Source of the DNA: Anaerohalosphaeraceae bacterium
GTDB taxonomy: Bacteria > Planctomycetota > Phycisphaerae > Sedimentisphaerales > Anaerohalosphaeraceae
Reading direction: 5' to 3'
DNA length: 64,000 bases
Assembly (NCBI GenBank): GCA_963675525.2
Contig: CAXXSL010000005.1
Location: forward strand, 64,001-128,000
In this document: positions 39,291 through 49,548 of the stretch, piece by piece
Numbering within the stretch: the first letter of the stretch is position 1
Layout of the letters: each line of letters starts with the position of its first letter
Notes under the pieces: model-generated
What the model was told of the DNA's origin: nothing
Database searches by the model: none
What the model saw: the letters and a program-made list of their open reading frames with translations, nothing else
Position numbers and translations under genes: made by a program

Positions 39291-40427
39291 ATGGCAGAGA
39301 AATCAATGAATATTGATCGGTTGCTGGATGCCTGTATCAAAATGGGAGGGTCCGATCTTCATCTTGTGGTCGGTCGTCCTCCGGTACTGCGTATTTCAGG
39401 AAGACTTCGGTCTTTGGACACCAAAGTATTGGAACCGGATGATACGACGGCTCTGATGAAAAGTATTACGCCGGAACGAAATCAACAGGAACTTCAGGAA
39501 GTCGGCAGCACGGACTATGGTTTTGCATTTGGTGACGCGGGACGATTCAGGACGGCTGTTTTCAAACAGCGTGGCAATATCTCAATGGTTTTGCGTCTGA
39601 TTCCGTCGATCTTTTTTACGTTTGAGCAGATTGGCCTTCCAAAGTTATGTACCGCTTTATGTCGTCGTCCTCGTGGACTTTTTCTGGTGACTGGACCGAC
39701 GGGTTCGGGAAAAACAACAACTCTGGCAAGTATGATCAATTATATCAATGAGAATCTTGACCGTCATATCATTACGGTTGAAGAACCGATCGAGTATTAC
39801 CACCAGCATAAAAAATCGATTATCAATCAACGCGAAGTGGGGCTTGATGTTACATCGTTTGCCGAATCGCTCAGGCGTGCCTTAAGGCAGGACCCTGATG
39901 TTATTCTTGTGGGCGAACTGCGTGATCTGGAAACAATGGAAGCGGCGATCAGTGCAGCGGAAACGGGCCACCTTGTGTTCGGCACATTGCATACCACCGG
40001 TTGTCAGGGGACGATTAACCGTATTATTGACGCGTTTCCGGTTACTCAGCAGGAAATGATCCGTGTCCAGTTGAGTACAAATATGATTGCCGTATTAAGT
40101 CAGACATTGTGTCCAAAAACCGGCGGCGGACGTGTTGCAGCTTATGAATTTATGGTCGTGACACCCGCGATTTCCAACCTTATTCGCGAAAATAAAGTCT
40201 ATCGTATTGAGTCGAGCATTCAAATTGGTAAGAAATTGGGAATGCAGTTGCTGGATGACCACCTCTGGGAACTCTACACTCAAGATCTAATTAGCCTAGA
40301 TGAAGCGCTGGATAAAGCCCGTAATCCAGGTGATATGCTTAAACAGGCAGAGGAACGAGCTGGTAAATCAATTAAGGGGGGTAAAAAATTGGATGATGAT
40401 TACGGACCGATTATCAAAACTTCTTAA
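39291..40427 (+). CDS. pilT: Type IV pilus retraction ATPase
   Basis: SDLHL, GPTGSGKTTTLASM, INQREVG, LRQDPD, AAETGHLV, AISNLIRE (AIRNLIRE-like). Confidence 0.93.
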   Translation: MAEKSMNIDRLLDACIKMGGSDLHLVVGRPPVLRISGRLRSLDTKVLEPDDTTALMKSITPERNQQELQEVGSTDYGFAFGDAGRFRTAVFKQRGNISMVLRLIPSIFFTFEQIGLPKLCTALCRRPRGLFLVTGPTGSGKTTTLASMINYINENLDRHIITVEEPIEYYHQHKKSIINQREVGLDVTSFAESLRRALRQDPDVILVGELRDLETMEAAISAAETGHLVFGTLHTTGCQGTINRIIDAFPVTQQEMIRVQLSTNMIAVLSQTLCPKTGGGRVAAYEFMVVTPAISNLIRENKVYRIESSIQIGKKLGMQLLDDHLWELYTQDLISLDEALDKARNPGDMLKQAEERAGKSIKGGKKLDDDYGPIIKTS

Positions 40428-40630
40428 TGAACTTTTATACGAGATTACCACGACTTAATATGTCTTGTTAAGAAAAGGTACATGCCATGTGTCTATCTGT
40501 TTTAATGTTTAATTAGATGAAATAATTGTTTTCAAGATTATATTTTGTTTAATATATGGCTATATTTGATTTTCATCTTTTATTTTACTAAAATTATTCT
40601 CGTATGCCGGGTGTCTAATTTATTTTATCC

Positions 40631-40659
40631 TTGAAATCGGGTTTTGTTAGACCTATAAT
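40631..40659 (+). promoter_or_regulatory. Candidate sigma70 promoter for pilB2-pilC-pilin operon
   Basis: TTGAAA-N17-TATAAT in an AT-rich intergenic region. Confidence 0.55.
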
Positions 40660-40709
40660 ATGAATAGATGAAAGCTTTTCATTTAAGGAAAGTGAGGGAG
40701 TATTTAATT

Positions 40710-42463
40710 ATGGCAAAAATACCTCCAGTTAGTGAGCTTAAGGGTCGTTCATTGGGTCGCATCTTGATTAAGATGGGGCTTTTGACGCGGGATAAGGTCC
40801 ATAAATGTCTGGCGATTCAAAAAGACAAAAAGGTGGTAAGACACGTCTTGGACAGATCTTTCTTGAACAGAGTCTTATTAAACCGCGTGATTTGCGAATC
40901 GCTTTAGCCGGTCAGCGGGGTATGGAGTATGTTGACATTGGTGGCGTTGAAATCCCTCATGATATCGTTCAGCATGTTCCGGCCCAGATGGCACGTACGT
41001 ACAAGGTGATTCCGATTGATTATGATAAATCCCGTAATCAGCTTACTGTCGCGATGGACAACCCGGATAATTTTCGTGCGACGGATGATCTGAGCACACT
41101 GATGGGATTTAAAGTGGTTGCTAAGATTGCCGACGAGGATTCTATTCGGGCGGCTCTGGACAACTATTATGCGGAAGACGACGAGGGGATTAATGAACTG
41201 ATCGGTGAGATCGAAAACGATCAGAGTTTGGCTCAATTGGCAGGACGGGACGCCAGTATCGACCTGGATGATCTGAAAGACGCAGCCGAATCAACCCCTG
41301 TCATTAAATTGTTGAACCTGGTGCTCATGCAGGCAATTCGAGATAAAGCGTCGGATATCCATTTTGAGCCTTTTGAAGACGAATACAAAATGCGTTATCG
41401 TATTGACGGCGTGCTATATGAAATGGTTCCTCCGCCTAAGCATATCGCGATGGCTCTGAGCAGCCGTATTAAAGTTATGGCGAATCTGGACATTGCTGAA
41501 CGGCGTCTTCCTCAGGACGGACGTATTCCACTGGTCATGGGCGGAAACCCTATCGACCTTCGTGTCAGTGTTTTGCCGACCATGTTTGGTGAAAGTGTTG
41601 TACTTCGTGTACTTGACCGTTCACAGGTGGACTTAAGGCTTGATATGCTGGGGCTCAGCGAGCAGGATCGTGAGACGACCGCTCAGTTGATTAATAAGCC
41701 GAACGGTATCGTTATTGTGACGGGGCCGACCGGTTCGGGAAAAACGACCACCCTTTATTCAGCGCTGAAAGAACTCAATACCATTGACCGGAAGATCATT
41801 ACGACGGAAAACCCGGTAGAATACGATATTGACGGGCTGATTCAGGTTCAGATTCGGCCGGACATCGGTTTAACATTTGCCAAATGCCTGCGTTCAATTT
41901 TGCGTCAGGACCCGGATATCGTGATGGTTGGTGAAATTCGTGACCTGGAAACCGCTCAAATTTCGATTCAGGCATCCCTGACCGGCCACTTGGTTTTCTC
42001 TACGTTGCATACGAATGACGCTCCCAGCACGATCGCACGTTTATTGGACTTGGGATTGGAGACATTTTTGATCACAGCGACCATTGAGGGTATTATTGCT
42101 CAGCGTCTGGTCCGAAAAATCTGTGTTCATTGTAAAACAGAATTTCAACCAAGCGAAGAAATGCTGATGGAACTGAACCTAACACCGGACCAGGTGGGGG
42201 GCAAGACGTTTTATTACGGCAAAGGTTGCGATCGGTGCAATAAAACCGGGTATCGCGGCCGAACCGGAATTTATGAAATTATAACATTTAATGATGAGAT
42301 TCGGGATTTGATCATGAATCACGCCTCGACAGCGATCCTGCGTGACGCAGGAATCCGCAACGGGATGCGAACACTGCGTGATAATGGGCTTGCGGCGATC
42401 TATGACGGTATTACGACGATCGAGGAAGTTGCCCGTGAGACAATTGCGGCCCAGGAAGACTAA
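40710..42463 (+). CDS. pilB: GspE/PilB-family assembly ATPase 2 (apparent frameshift in A-run near 40820-40830)
   Basis: MAKIPP..SLGRILIKMG in one frame joins RLGQIF.. in the next; ASDIHFEP, RLPQDGR, Walker A, LRQDPD, CVHC/CDRC. Confidence 0.88.
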
Positions 42464-42510
42464 CAAATCAATTATATAAATTCCAGACTTTTGTTTGGGA
42501 GGGTTTAACG

Positions 42511-43767
42511 ATGCCGGTTTTTCAGTATTCAGCACTGGATTCCAAAGGAAATGAATCCAAAGGGCAGATCGAGGCCTTAAGCAGTAAGGAAGCGATCAGC
42601 AAGATACGGAACAAGGGATTGTTTCCCACGAAGGTGCGCGCCGAAAACGCTGCGAAAAAGGCCAAGGTCGGGGAACGCGCGATTGCACCAAAACGCCGCG
42701 GCGCCGGCGGCAAGGTCAAGATCAAAGTTGTTACTCAATTTGCGAGGCAGATGTCTACGTTGCAGGATGCCGGCCTTGCGATCCTGCGTTCATTGCGCAT
42801 TCTTGAGGAACAGGCCAAGAAAGGCACCTTCAAGCGTGTGATCGGCTACGTGGCTGATGATATTGAAGGCGGATCGACGCTGTCGGAGGCGATGGGCAAA
42901 CATCCCAGAACGTTCAACCGGTTATTTGTGAACATGGTGGCCGCCGGCGAAGTGGGCGGTGTACTGGATGTTATTCTGTCGCGTGTGGCCGAGTTCATGG
43001 AAAAATCCGAACGGCTGAAGGCGAAGATCAAAGGTGCGATGATTTACCCGTTGGTGGTTATGATCGTTGCGTTTCTGATCGTTCTGGGGTTAATGTACTT
43101 TATTATCCCGGTGTTTGCCGAAGTGTTGTCGGATATGTCGGATGGCGAAAAAGGGCTTCCGGGATTGACGCAATTCCTCTTGAATATCAGTTTGTGGCTG
43201 AAAGGGCGGAGGGGGTTCAATATTTTGATCGTTATTTTAATTCCGGTGGTTCTAGCTATGTGCCTCAAATTGCTCAAGCAGTTTCGTGCCGGCCGCTATG
43301 CCCGGGATTGGGTGAACCTGCACATTCCGATGGTTCGACAGTTGGTTTATAAAACGACGGTTGCCCGGTGGACCCGTACACTGGCGACGCTGATCAGTGC
43401 CGGCGTGCCGATCTTGGAAGCCCTGAACATCACACGGGAAACGTCTGAAAACGAGATCTATTCCCGGATGCTTGGCAGGGTCCAGCAGGCGATTCGACAG
43501 GGTGATACCTTTGCCAATCCGCTTCGGCAGTCCAAGACGGTGGATGCCATTGTGGTCAACATGGTCGACGTGGGAGAGGAAACCGGCGACCTGGATAAAA
43601 TGTTGATGAAGGTAGCGGACAATTTTGATGAAGATGCCGATGTGCTGGTGGGTGCTTTGATGAGCATGATCGAGCCGATGATGATCGTTGTGCTGGGTTC
43701 GGTCGTTGGAACGATCGTACTGGCGATGTTCTTGCCGATGGTCAGAATGATCGAAGTGATGATGTAG
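42511..43767 (+). CDS. pilC: GspF/PilC inner-membrane platform protein 1
   Basis: FARQMSTLQDAG, AAGEVGGVL, AMIYP, GEETGDL, MIEP. Confidence 0.92.
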   Translation: MPVFQYSALDSKGNESKGQIEALSSKEAISKIRNKGLFPTKVRAENAAKKAKVGERAIAPKRRGAGGKVKIKVVTQFARQMSTLQDAGLAILRSLRILEEQAKKGTFKRVIGYVADDIEGGSTLSEAMGKHPRTFNRLFVNMVAAGEVGGVLDVILSRVAEFMEKSERLKAKIKGAMIYPLVVMIVAFLIVLGLMYFIIPVFAEVLSDMSDGEKGLPGLTQFLLNISLWLKGRRGFNILIVILIPVVLAMCLKLLKQFRAGRYARDWVNLHIPMVRQLVYKTTVARWTRTLATLISAGVPILEALNITRETSENEIYSRMLGRVQQAIRQGDTFANPLRQSKTVDAIVVNMVDVGEETGDLDKMLMKVADNFDEDADVLVGALMSMIEPMMIVVLGSVVGTIVLAMFLPMVRMIEVMM

Positions 43768-43896
43768 TAAAAAATTAAAGAATAACGATAAAATATCGAA
43801 AATGAGGATTCGCCCTGCGGGCGACGCTCTTTTGAAAACGTAAAAAGTACAGAGTGTGCTAATAGGAAAGGTCATTAAACTGTGGGGGACACGAAA

Positions 43897-45144
43897 ATGC
43901 CGATATTCTTATATGATGCACTGGATGCCAAAGGCCATGAGGATAATGGTCAAATTGAAGCGTTGTGTGACAGAGAAGCGATCAGTAAAATTCGAAACAA
44001 GGGGTTATTCCCCACGAAAGTCCGAGCTAAGAATGTTGCCAGGAAGGCCGAAAAAGTTGTGGCTTCCCGGCCGAAAAGACATGGTGTTGGTGGTAACGTT
44101 AAAATTAAAGCTGTTACAGAGTTTGCTCGCCAGATGTCAACGTTACAGGATGCCGGGCTTGCGATCTTACGCTCTTTGAGAATTTTAGAAAGACAACAAA
44201 AAGGAACCTTTAAGCATGTGATCGGCTATGTGGCGGATGACATAGAAGGCGGCGCGACCTTGTCGGAAGCAATGGGTAAATATCCACGGTGTTTCAGTCG
44301 ACTGTTTGTGAATATGGTGGCGGCCGGCGAAGTCGGCGGAGTGTTGGATGCGATTCTTATTCGCGTCGCCGACTTTATGGAGAAGTCAGAACGGTTGAAA
44401 TCCAAGATCAAAGGAGCCATGATTTATCCGGTGACGGTTTTAATCGCTGCTTTCTTTATTGTTTTCGGCCTGATGACCTTTGTTGTTCCTCGTTTTTCGG
44501 AGATATTGACGGATATAACCGATGGTCAGAAAGGTTTGCCGAAGATCACACAGGTATTGATGGACATGAGCATCTGGCTGAGAGGTCGTTATGGCCTGAA
44601 TGCCGCATGTGTGGCGGCAAGCCCGTTTGTTCTGATTTTCATGCTCCGGTTGATTCGCCGGTTCCGCCGCGGCCGCTATACCATGGATTGGCTGAAACTG
44701 CATTTGCCGATTATTCGCAAATTGGTCTATAAGACGTCTGTTGCCCGGTGGACCCGGACACTGGCGACGCTGATCAGCGCCGGCGTGCCGATTTTGGATG
44801 CGTTAAAGATCGCCCGTGATACGGCAGAAAATGAAGTTTATTCAGAAATGCTTGATAAATCGTTACGGGAGATTCGGCAGGGTAATACGTTTGCCCAGCC
44901 GTTGCGACGATCCAATGCCGTCGACGAGATCGTGGTGAATATGATAGAAGTCGGAGAAGAAACCGGCGATCTTGATAAGATGTTGATGAAAGTGGCCAAT
45001 AATTTCGATGAGGAATCGGATGTTTTGGTTGGAGCCATGATGAGTTTGCTGGAACCGGTGATGATTATTATTCTGGGCTTGGTGGTCGGAACGATCATTC
45101 TGGCGATTATGTTGCCGATCCTGGATGTTATGGGTAATTTTTAA
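43897..45144 (+). CDS. pilC: GspF/PilC inner-membrane platform protein 2 (tandem paralog)
   Basis: Same motifs and long identical stretches shared with 42511-43767. Confidence 0.92.
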   Translation: MPIFLYDALDAKGHEDNGQIEALCDREAISKIRNKGLFPTKVRAKNVARKAEKVVASRPKRHGVGGNVKIKAVTEFARQMSTLQDAGLAILRSLRILERQQKGTFKHVIGYVADDIEGGATLSEAMGKYPRCFSRLFVNMVAAGEVGGVLDAILIRVADFMEKSERLKSKIKGAMIYPVTVLIAAFFIVFGLMTFVVPRFSEILTDITDGQKGLPKITQVLMDMSIWLRGRYGLNAACVAASPFVLIFMLRLIRRFRRGRYTMDWLKLHLPIIRKLVYKTSVARWTRTLATLISAGVPILDALKIARDTAENEVYSEMLDKSLREIRQGNTFAQPLRRSNAVDEIVVNMIEVGEETGDLDKMLMKVANNFDEESDVLVGAMMSLLEPVMIIILGLVVGTIILAIMLPILDVMGNF

Positions 45145-45221
45145 AACAAAAAAAGTATAAAATGAAACAACCGTTATTAAATAATTAAAAGCACTAATTA
45201 GTCTTTAGAAAGGATGAATCA

Positions 45222-46238
45222 ATGAAAACAAGAAAAGCAAACACAAGGGGGTTTACGATCGTTGAACTGCTGACCGTGATGGCCGTCATCGCGGTGCTGA
45301 TCGGATTGCTGATCCCGGCACTGGCGCTGGTTAAAGACAATGCCAAGGAAATCCAGCAAAAAGCACAGTTCCACAGCCTGGACGTGGGGATCGAACTGTA
45401 CAAAAGTGAATTTGGCACATATCCCCAATCCAAAGACAACAATTTGAATACTTATAGCAGTCCGCAAAATCCTTATGATAATACGCAATATTGCGGGGCC
45501 AACAAACTCGCCGAGGCAATGGTTGGTAGAGACTTGCTGGGATTTCATCCTCAATCAGATTTTCGTTCCGATGGACAAGCGGAAGTGGTTACGAATCCCG
45601 GGCCTCCGGTCGTTACGGGCCCGGATGATGTTTACGCTGCTTATAGCGGCAACCTAAATGAAACGGCGGAAGATAATCTCAGAGCCCGCCAGGGACCCTT
45701 TGTGGATTTGGAAAACGCGAATGCATTTCCGATGGACGAGATATATGGAAATGCAAATACCCAATTTCCCGGAGGCTTTGTTAACAATTACGCAATGGAC
45801 ACCGTGGGTGGAGTCGTCAATTCTTATCCATTGGTTCTCTGTGATGTTTACGCGAAAAAGCGAAGCGGAACGAATGCCAAGAAAACCGGTACCCCGATCC
45901 TGTACTATCGCGCACGGGCAAACTTTACCATGCAGGATTATCAAAGCCCTGCTGTGGGGGTGAATCCCGGCGGGATTGAAGATGACATTTATTATTACGG
46001 TGACAACCAGAGCTTATTGTTGAGGGGTATGCCGGACGATGGTGTTGCTTTTACCGTTATCACCGGTGGAGCAGGTATTCCGGAGGAAAACTTTGAGGAC
46101 ATGATCATCAATGAGAATGTGCAGACGGTTCTCCGTCCCTATCGCGCCGATACCTATATTCTGATCTCTGCTGGTAAAGATGGGGATTTCGGTACCGCTG
46201 ACGACATCTTCAACTTTGAAAAAGAGATTATCGAATAA
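45222..46238 (+). CDS. Prepilin-type N-methylation protein, GspG-like C-terminus (paralog 1)
   Basis: RG|FTIVELL cleavage motif; C-terminal ILISAGKDGDFGTADD. Confidence 0.88.
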   Translation: MKTRKANTRGFTIVELLTVMAVIAVLIGLLIPALALVKDNAKEIQQKAQFHSLDVGIELYKSEFGTYPQSKDNNLNTYSSPQNPYDNTQYCGANKLAEAMVGRDLLGFHPQSDFRSDGQAEVVTNPGPPVVTGPDDVYAAYSGNLNETAEDNLRARQGPFVDLENANAFPMDEIYGNANTQFPGGFVNNYAMDTVGGVVNSYPLVLCDVYAKKRSGTNAKKTGTPILYYRARANFTMQDYQSPAVGVNPGGIEDDIYYYGDNQSLLLRGMPDDGVAFTVITGGAGIPEENFEDMIINENVQTVLRPYRADTYILISAGKDGDFGTADDIFNFEKEIIE

Positions 46239-46277
46239 TCCGGACGGGTGTTATTGTCAGACAGAGGCTAAAGGATA

Positions 46278-46883
46278 ATGATGCGCAGAGTTGTCAAACA
46301 ATCCGCTTTTTCGCTGATCGAGATGGTCGTGGTGCTTGCGACGATCCTCATCCTGGCCGGTGCGATGCTGGGGGTCGGCAGGTATCTGACGATCCGTGCC
46401 AATATCGACCTGACGGCCAGCGAACTGCAGGTGCTGACCACGGCCCTGCAGCAGTATTATGATGACTTTGAGGTGTTTCCGATTATTACGGAAAAGGACA
46501 TCACCGGCGACGGCGTGATCGATCCGTATGACGAGTTTCATCTTGAATATGATTTCAATGGAACGGTTGTGCCGGATAATGCGATCGATAATTTAGATGC
46601 AGCAGCGGCTTCCAGTGCTGCGATGTTTTACTTTTTGCGGCAGAACCCCAACAGCCGGACGATCATCAATGCGATGACCGATTCACTGGTAACCAATAAC
46701 GGCGTATCGGGGGTCAATCTGCAGATAACACTGCTATCCGGACAAATCGATCTGCCGCGGTTTATCGATGCCTGGGGAACGAGTATCCGGTATGAATATA
46801 CCGGCGGTACGGCGTTTCCGATATTGAGTTCGGCCGGACCGGATGAACAGTTTGGTACGCCGGATGATGTAACAAGTCAATAA
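46278..46883 (+). CDS. Prepilin-type protein, GspG-like
   Basis: SA|FSLIEMV; DAWGTSIRY and SAGPDEQFGTPDD GspG-type motifs. Confidence 0.88.
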   Translation: MMRRVVKQSAFSLIEMVVVLATILILAGAMLGVGRYLTIRANIDLTASELQVLTTALQQYYDDFEVFPIITEKDITGDGVIDPYDEFHLEYDFNGTVVPDNAIDNLDAAAASSAAMFYFLRQNPNSRTIINAMTDSLVTNNGVSGVNLQITLLSGQIDLPRFIDAWGTSIRYEYTGGTAFPILSSAGPDEQFGTPDDVTSQ

Positions 46884-46885
46884 AT

Positions 46886-46946
46886 TGAGTTTTTAGGTTT
46901 TAGTTCGTAGTTTTAAGTTGTGGATTTCCGCCTTTGCGGGAATGAC
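46886..46946 (-). repeat. 7-bp-period repeat plus REP-like palindrome (GTCATTCCCGCAAAGGCGGAAATCCA on the minus strand)
   Basis: 46921-46946 reverse complement matches the REP at 55509; preceded by degenerate TTTAGTT-type repeats. Confidence 0.7.
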
Positions 46947-46982
46947 ACAGGCCACCCAACCTGCAAGGATAGGGGTTAAAAA

Positions 46983-47945
46983 ATGAACAAAACAAGAAAC
47001 AAACAAGCGTTTACGCTGATGGAGCTTTTGGTGGTGATAGCGATCATTGCGGCACTGGTCGCCATTATGTCTGTCAGTCTTGGACAGGTCAAGCGGATCG
47101 CCACGAACCTGAAACAAAAGGGCGAGTTTCACGGCATGGAGATCAGCATCGAGTTGTTCCAGAATGAGTTTAATTTTTATCCGGATTCGGCGCGGGTCAA
47201 TGGCGGTACGGATTACACCTGCGGCGCCCAGCGTCTGGCCGAGGCGATGCAAGGCCGGGATGAATTGGGCTTTCATCCCAAGTCAAAGTGGCACCCGGAC
47301 CTGGAGTCAGCGGCGGGACTGACGCTCTATGATGTTACAGTAGAGGATACCCGCAAGCAGCGCAAACCGGTGTATTTTGAACTGAAGCATACCGGCATGT
47401 TTACGCTTGATCAATTATGGGGTTCTGGCAATACCGGCAATCTGCATGGCGGCGGTTTGCCCAGTGTGCCGGGCGGGTCAGGTTCATCGGTCTTAACGGA
47501 TGTCTTTGTCCGCAACAGAATGACAACTGTTGCAGGTGACACCATCAAAGTCGGTTCGCCGGTGCTGTATTATAAAGCCCATCCGACGAAGGGTTTTCGT
47601 ACACAAAATGTCGGCGGACGCCCTGTTGTTGTTACAAATCCATCAGTTGAACAATATCGGCAGTGGGTGTATAATTTTGATGATAACATTGACATTCTGA
47701 ACTTAGCCTGGCTTAGGGAACCGAGCGAAGACCTGGATAATGCCTTTCCGCCGCACTATCAGGAGCGCAACGATTATTCGGGGGTGACAAATGTTCCCGA
47801 ACTTTTCTATCAAATCCTGACACAGCGGCAGGATGTCGCATCGGGTTTTTACAAGCCTTACAATGCAGATACGTTTATTCTGATTTCGGCGGGGTGGGAC
47901 GGCATCTACGGGACGAAGGATGATGTAACGAATTTTAATTACTGA
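46983..47945 (+). CDS. Prepilin-type protein, GspG-like C-terminus (paralog 2)
   Basis: QA|FTLMELL; GAQRLAEAMQGRDELGFHP; ILISAGWDGIYGTKDD. Confidence 0.88.
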   Translation: MNKTRNKQAFTLMELLVVIAIIAALVAIMSVSLGQVKRIATNLKQKGEFHGMEISIELFQNEFNFYPDSARVNGGTDYTCGAQRLAEAMQGRDELGFHPKSKWHPDLESAAGLTLYDVTVEDTRKQRKPVYFELKHTGMFTLDQLWGSGNTGNLHGGGLPSVPGGSGSSVLTDVFVRNRMTTVAGDTIKVGSPVLYYKAHPTKGFRTQNVGGRPVVVTNPSVEQYRQWVYNFDDNIDILNLAWLREPSEDLDNAFPPHYQERNDYSGVTNVPELFYQILTQRQDVASGFYKPYNADTFILISAGWDGIYGTKDDVTNFNY

Positions 47946-48030
47946 TCGAACGTTCCGGTAAAAAAGTCAAAAATTAATGAATAAATTCTGATTTGCCTTT
48001 GGGCCATACATTTTTCGGGAGGCGTTTATT

Positions 48031-48933
48031 ATGAAACGCAAAAGTAAACATAACAGGACCGGCTTTACGCTGGTGGAAATTCTTACGACGATCGCGATCA
48101 TTGCGATCCTGTTGGGTCTTTTGATCCCGGCATTAACCGCGATCGAGAAATCAGCCGTCGAGGTCAAACAGAGGGCTCAGTTCCACGGGATTGAATTATC
48201 CCTGGAAACATTCTCCACGGATATGGGGGATTATCCGTCAAGTTCGTATAATCCGTTAGTATACGGCAATTATACGCCGTCGCAGCGATTGGCCGAAGCG
48301 ATGGTCGGACGCGATGGCTTGGGCTTTCATCCGAGTTCGCTGTTTCGCGGCGACGGATTGGCCGATATGGACAGCGATGGCCTGATCGATAATCCGGTAT
48401 ATCATGCGACTACGGATCAAGTTTACGAAACGGCTCAGGAAAACATTACGACTCGCATGGGCCCGTATCTGGAACTGGAGAGTGCCAACGCCGTGATGCT
48501 CAGTGATTTGTACGGTGGTGGCAGTATTGGGGTCTTGGTGGACAGTTATGTGCTGGCGGATATGTATAGGACCACCAAGAATGCCGCGACCGGGAAAATG
48601 ACGGGTTCGCCGATCTTATACTACAGGGCTAATCGCAACAGGGCCATGCATGATTGGGCCAATGTACTGAACAGCACGTATAATATCTATGACTCGCTTG
48701 GCGATGTGCTTGTTCCGAACGATTCTATTGTCGATCTTGTTCCCCTGTCGACTCATTCAGGAACGCATCCGATGAGGGCAAATCTGAATATGTTTTATGA
48801 GCAAACACAGAATCCGAATTTTACCAATCCGGCGCGACCCTACAGGTCCGAATCATTTATTCTGCAAAGTGCCGGGCGGGACAGCCTTTACGGAACCGTA
48901 GATGATGTGTTCAATTTTAACCAGGACAACTAA
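48031..48933 (+). CDS. Prepilin-type protein, GspG-like C-terminus (paralog 3)
   Basis: TG|FTLVEIL; SQRLAEAMVGRDGLGFHP; ILQSAGRDSLYGTVDD. Confidence 0.88.
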   Translation: MKRKSKHNRTGFTLVEILTTIAIIAILLGLLIPALTAIEKSAVEVKQRAQFHGIELSLETFSTDMGDYPSSSYNPLVYGNYTPSQRLAEAMVGRDGLGFHPSSLFRGDGLADMDSDGLIDNPVYHATTDQVYETAQENITTRMGPYLELESANAVMLSDLYGGGSIGVLVDSYVLADMYRTTKNAATGKMTGSPILYYRANRNRAMHDWANVLNSTYNIYDSLGDVLVPNDSIVDLVPLSTHSGTHPMRANLNMFYEQTQNPNFTNPARPYRSESFILQSAGRDSLYGTVDDVFNFNQDN

Positions 48934-48963
48934 GACAGTTCTTAGTTTTTTGTTCAGGAACAG

Positions 48964-49548
48964 ATGCGAAGCAAACAACGACAATCCGGTATGACGCTTA
49001 CTGAACTGCTGGTGGTCATCGCGATCATAGCGTTGCTGTTGGGGATATCTGTGCCCGCGGTACAGCATCTAAGGGAAAGCTTTCAGGCCTCGACGAGCGT
49101 GCGGCATCTGATTAACGCGGCATTGTCCAACGCCCGGGCGATAGCTGTCCGCAATCAGGCCTATGCGGGCGTGCGGTTCCAGCAGGATGCAAACGAAAAT
49201 ACATATATCATTTTTATTGTGAATGACAGAGAGGGAACCGGTTTTGCCAACGGTTTCCGTGCCGTGGCTGGACGTAATCCCATGATACTGCCGGAGGGTG
49301 TGGGAATCAACGGAGCAACAGTGTGGACCGGAGTGTCGATTGTTTTTTCGCCGGCAGGGAAATTAACGACTCATCAGGTGCGGGCCTCGGCGGCGTCAAG
49401 CAATGATAATATCTTTAATTCGTCAAATGCGATGTTTTATGAGGATGGCGGCAACAATCGAAGTGTGCAGAGCTTTCGGGTTACCAGTGTAAACAGTTCC
49501 AGCGTTGAACATATCAATCCCTATACGGGGGAGTTGATCCTTGAATAA
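48964..49548 (+). CDS. Minor pilin, GspH/FimT-like
   Basis: SG|MTLTELL; ALSNARAIA; IVFSPAG; INPYTG. Confidence 0.8.
   Translation: MRSKQRQSGMTLTELLVVIAIIALLLGISVPAVQHLRESFQASTSVRHLINAALSNARAIAVRNQAYAGVRFQQDANENTYIIFIVNDREGTGFANGFRAVAGRNPMILPEGVGINGATVWTGVSIVFSPAGKLTTHQVRASAASSNDNIFNSSNAMFYEDGGNNRSVQSFRVTSVNSSSVEHINPYTGELILE

Noticed and set aside
37487..39340. 291-aa and 270-aa minus-strand ORFs
   Set aside because: Antisense shadows of pilB1
40815..40835. Programmed frameshift or phase variation in pilB2 A-runs
   Set aside because: Runs are short and similar single indels affect housekeeping genes across the window, so sequencing error is more likely
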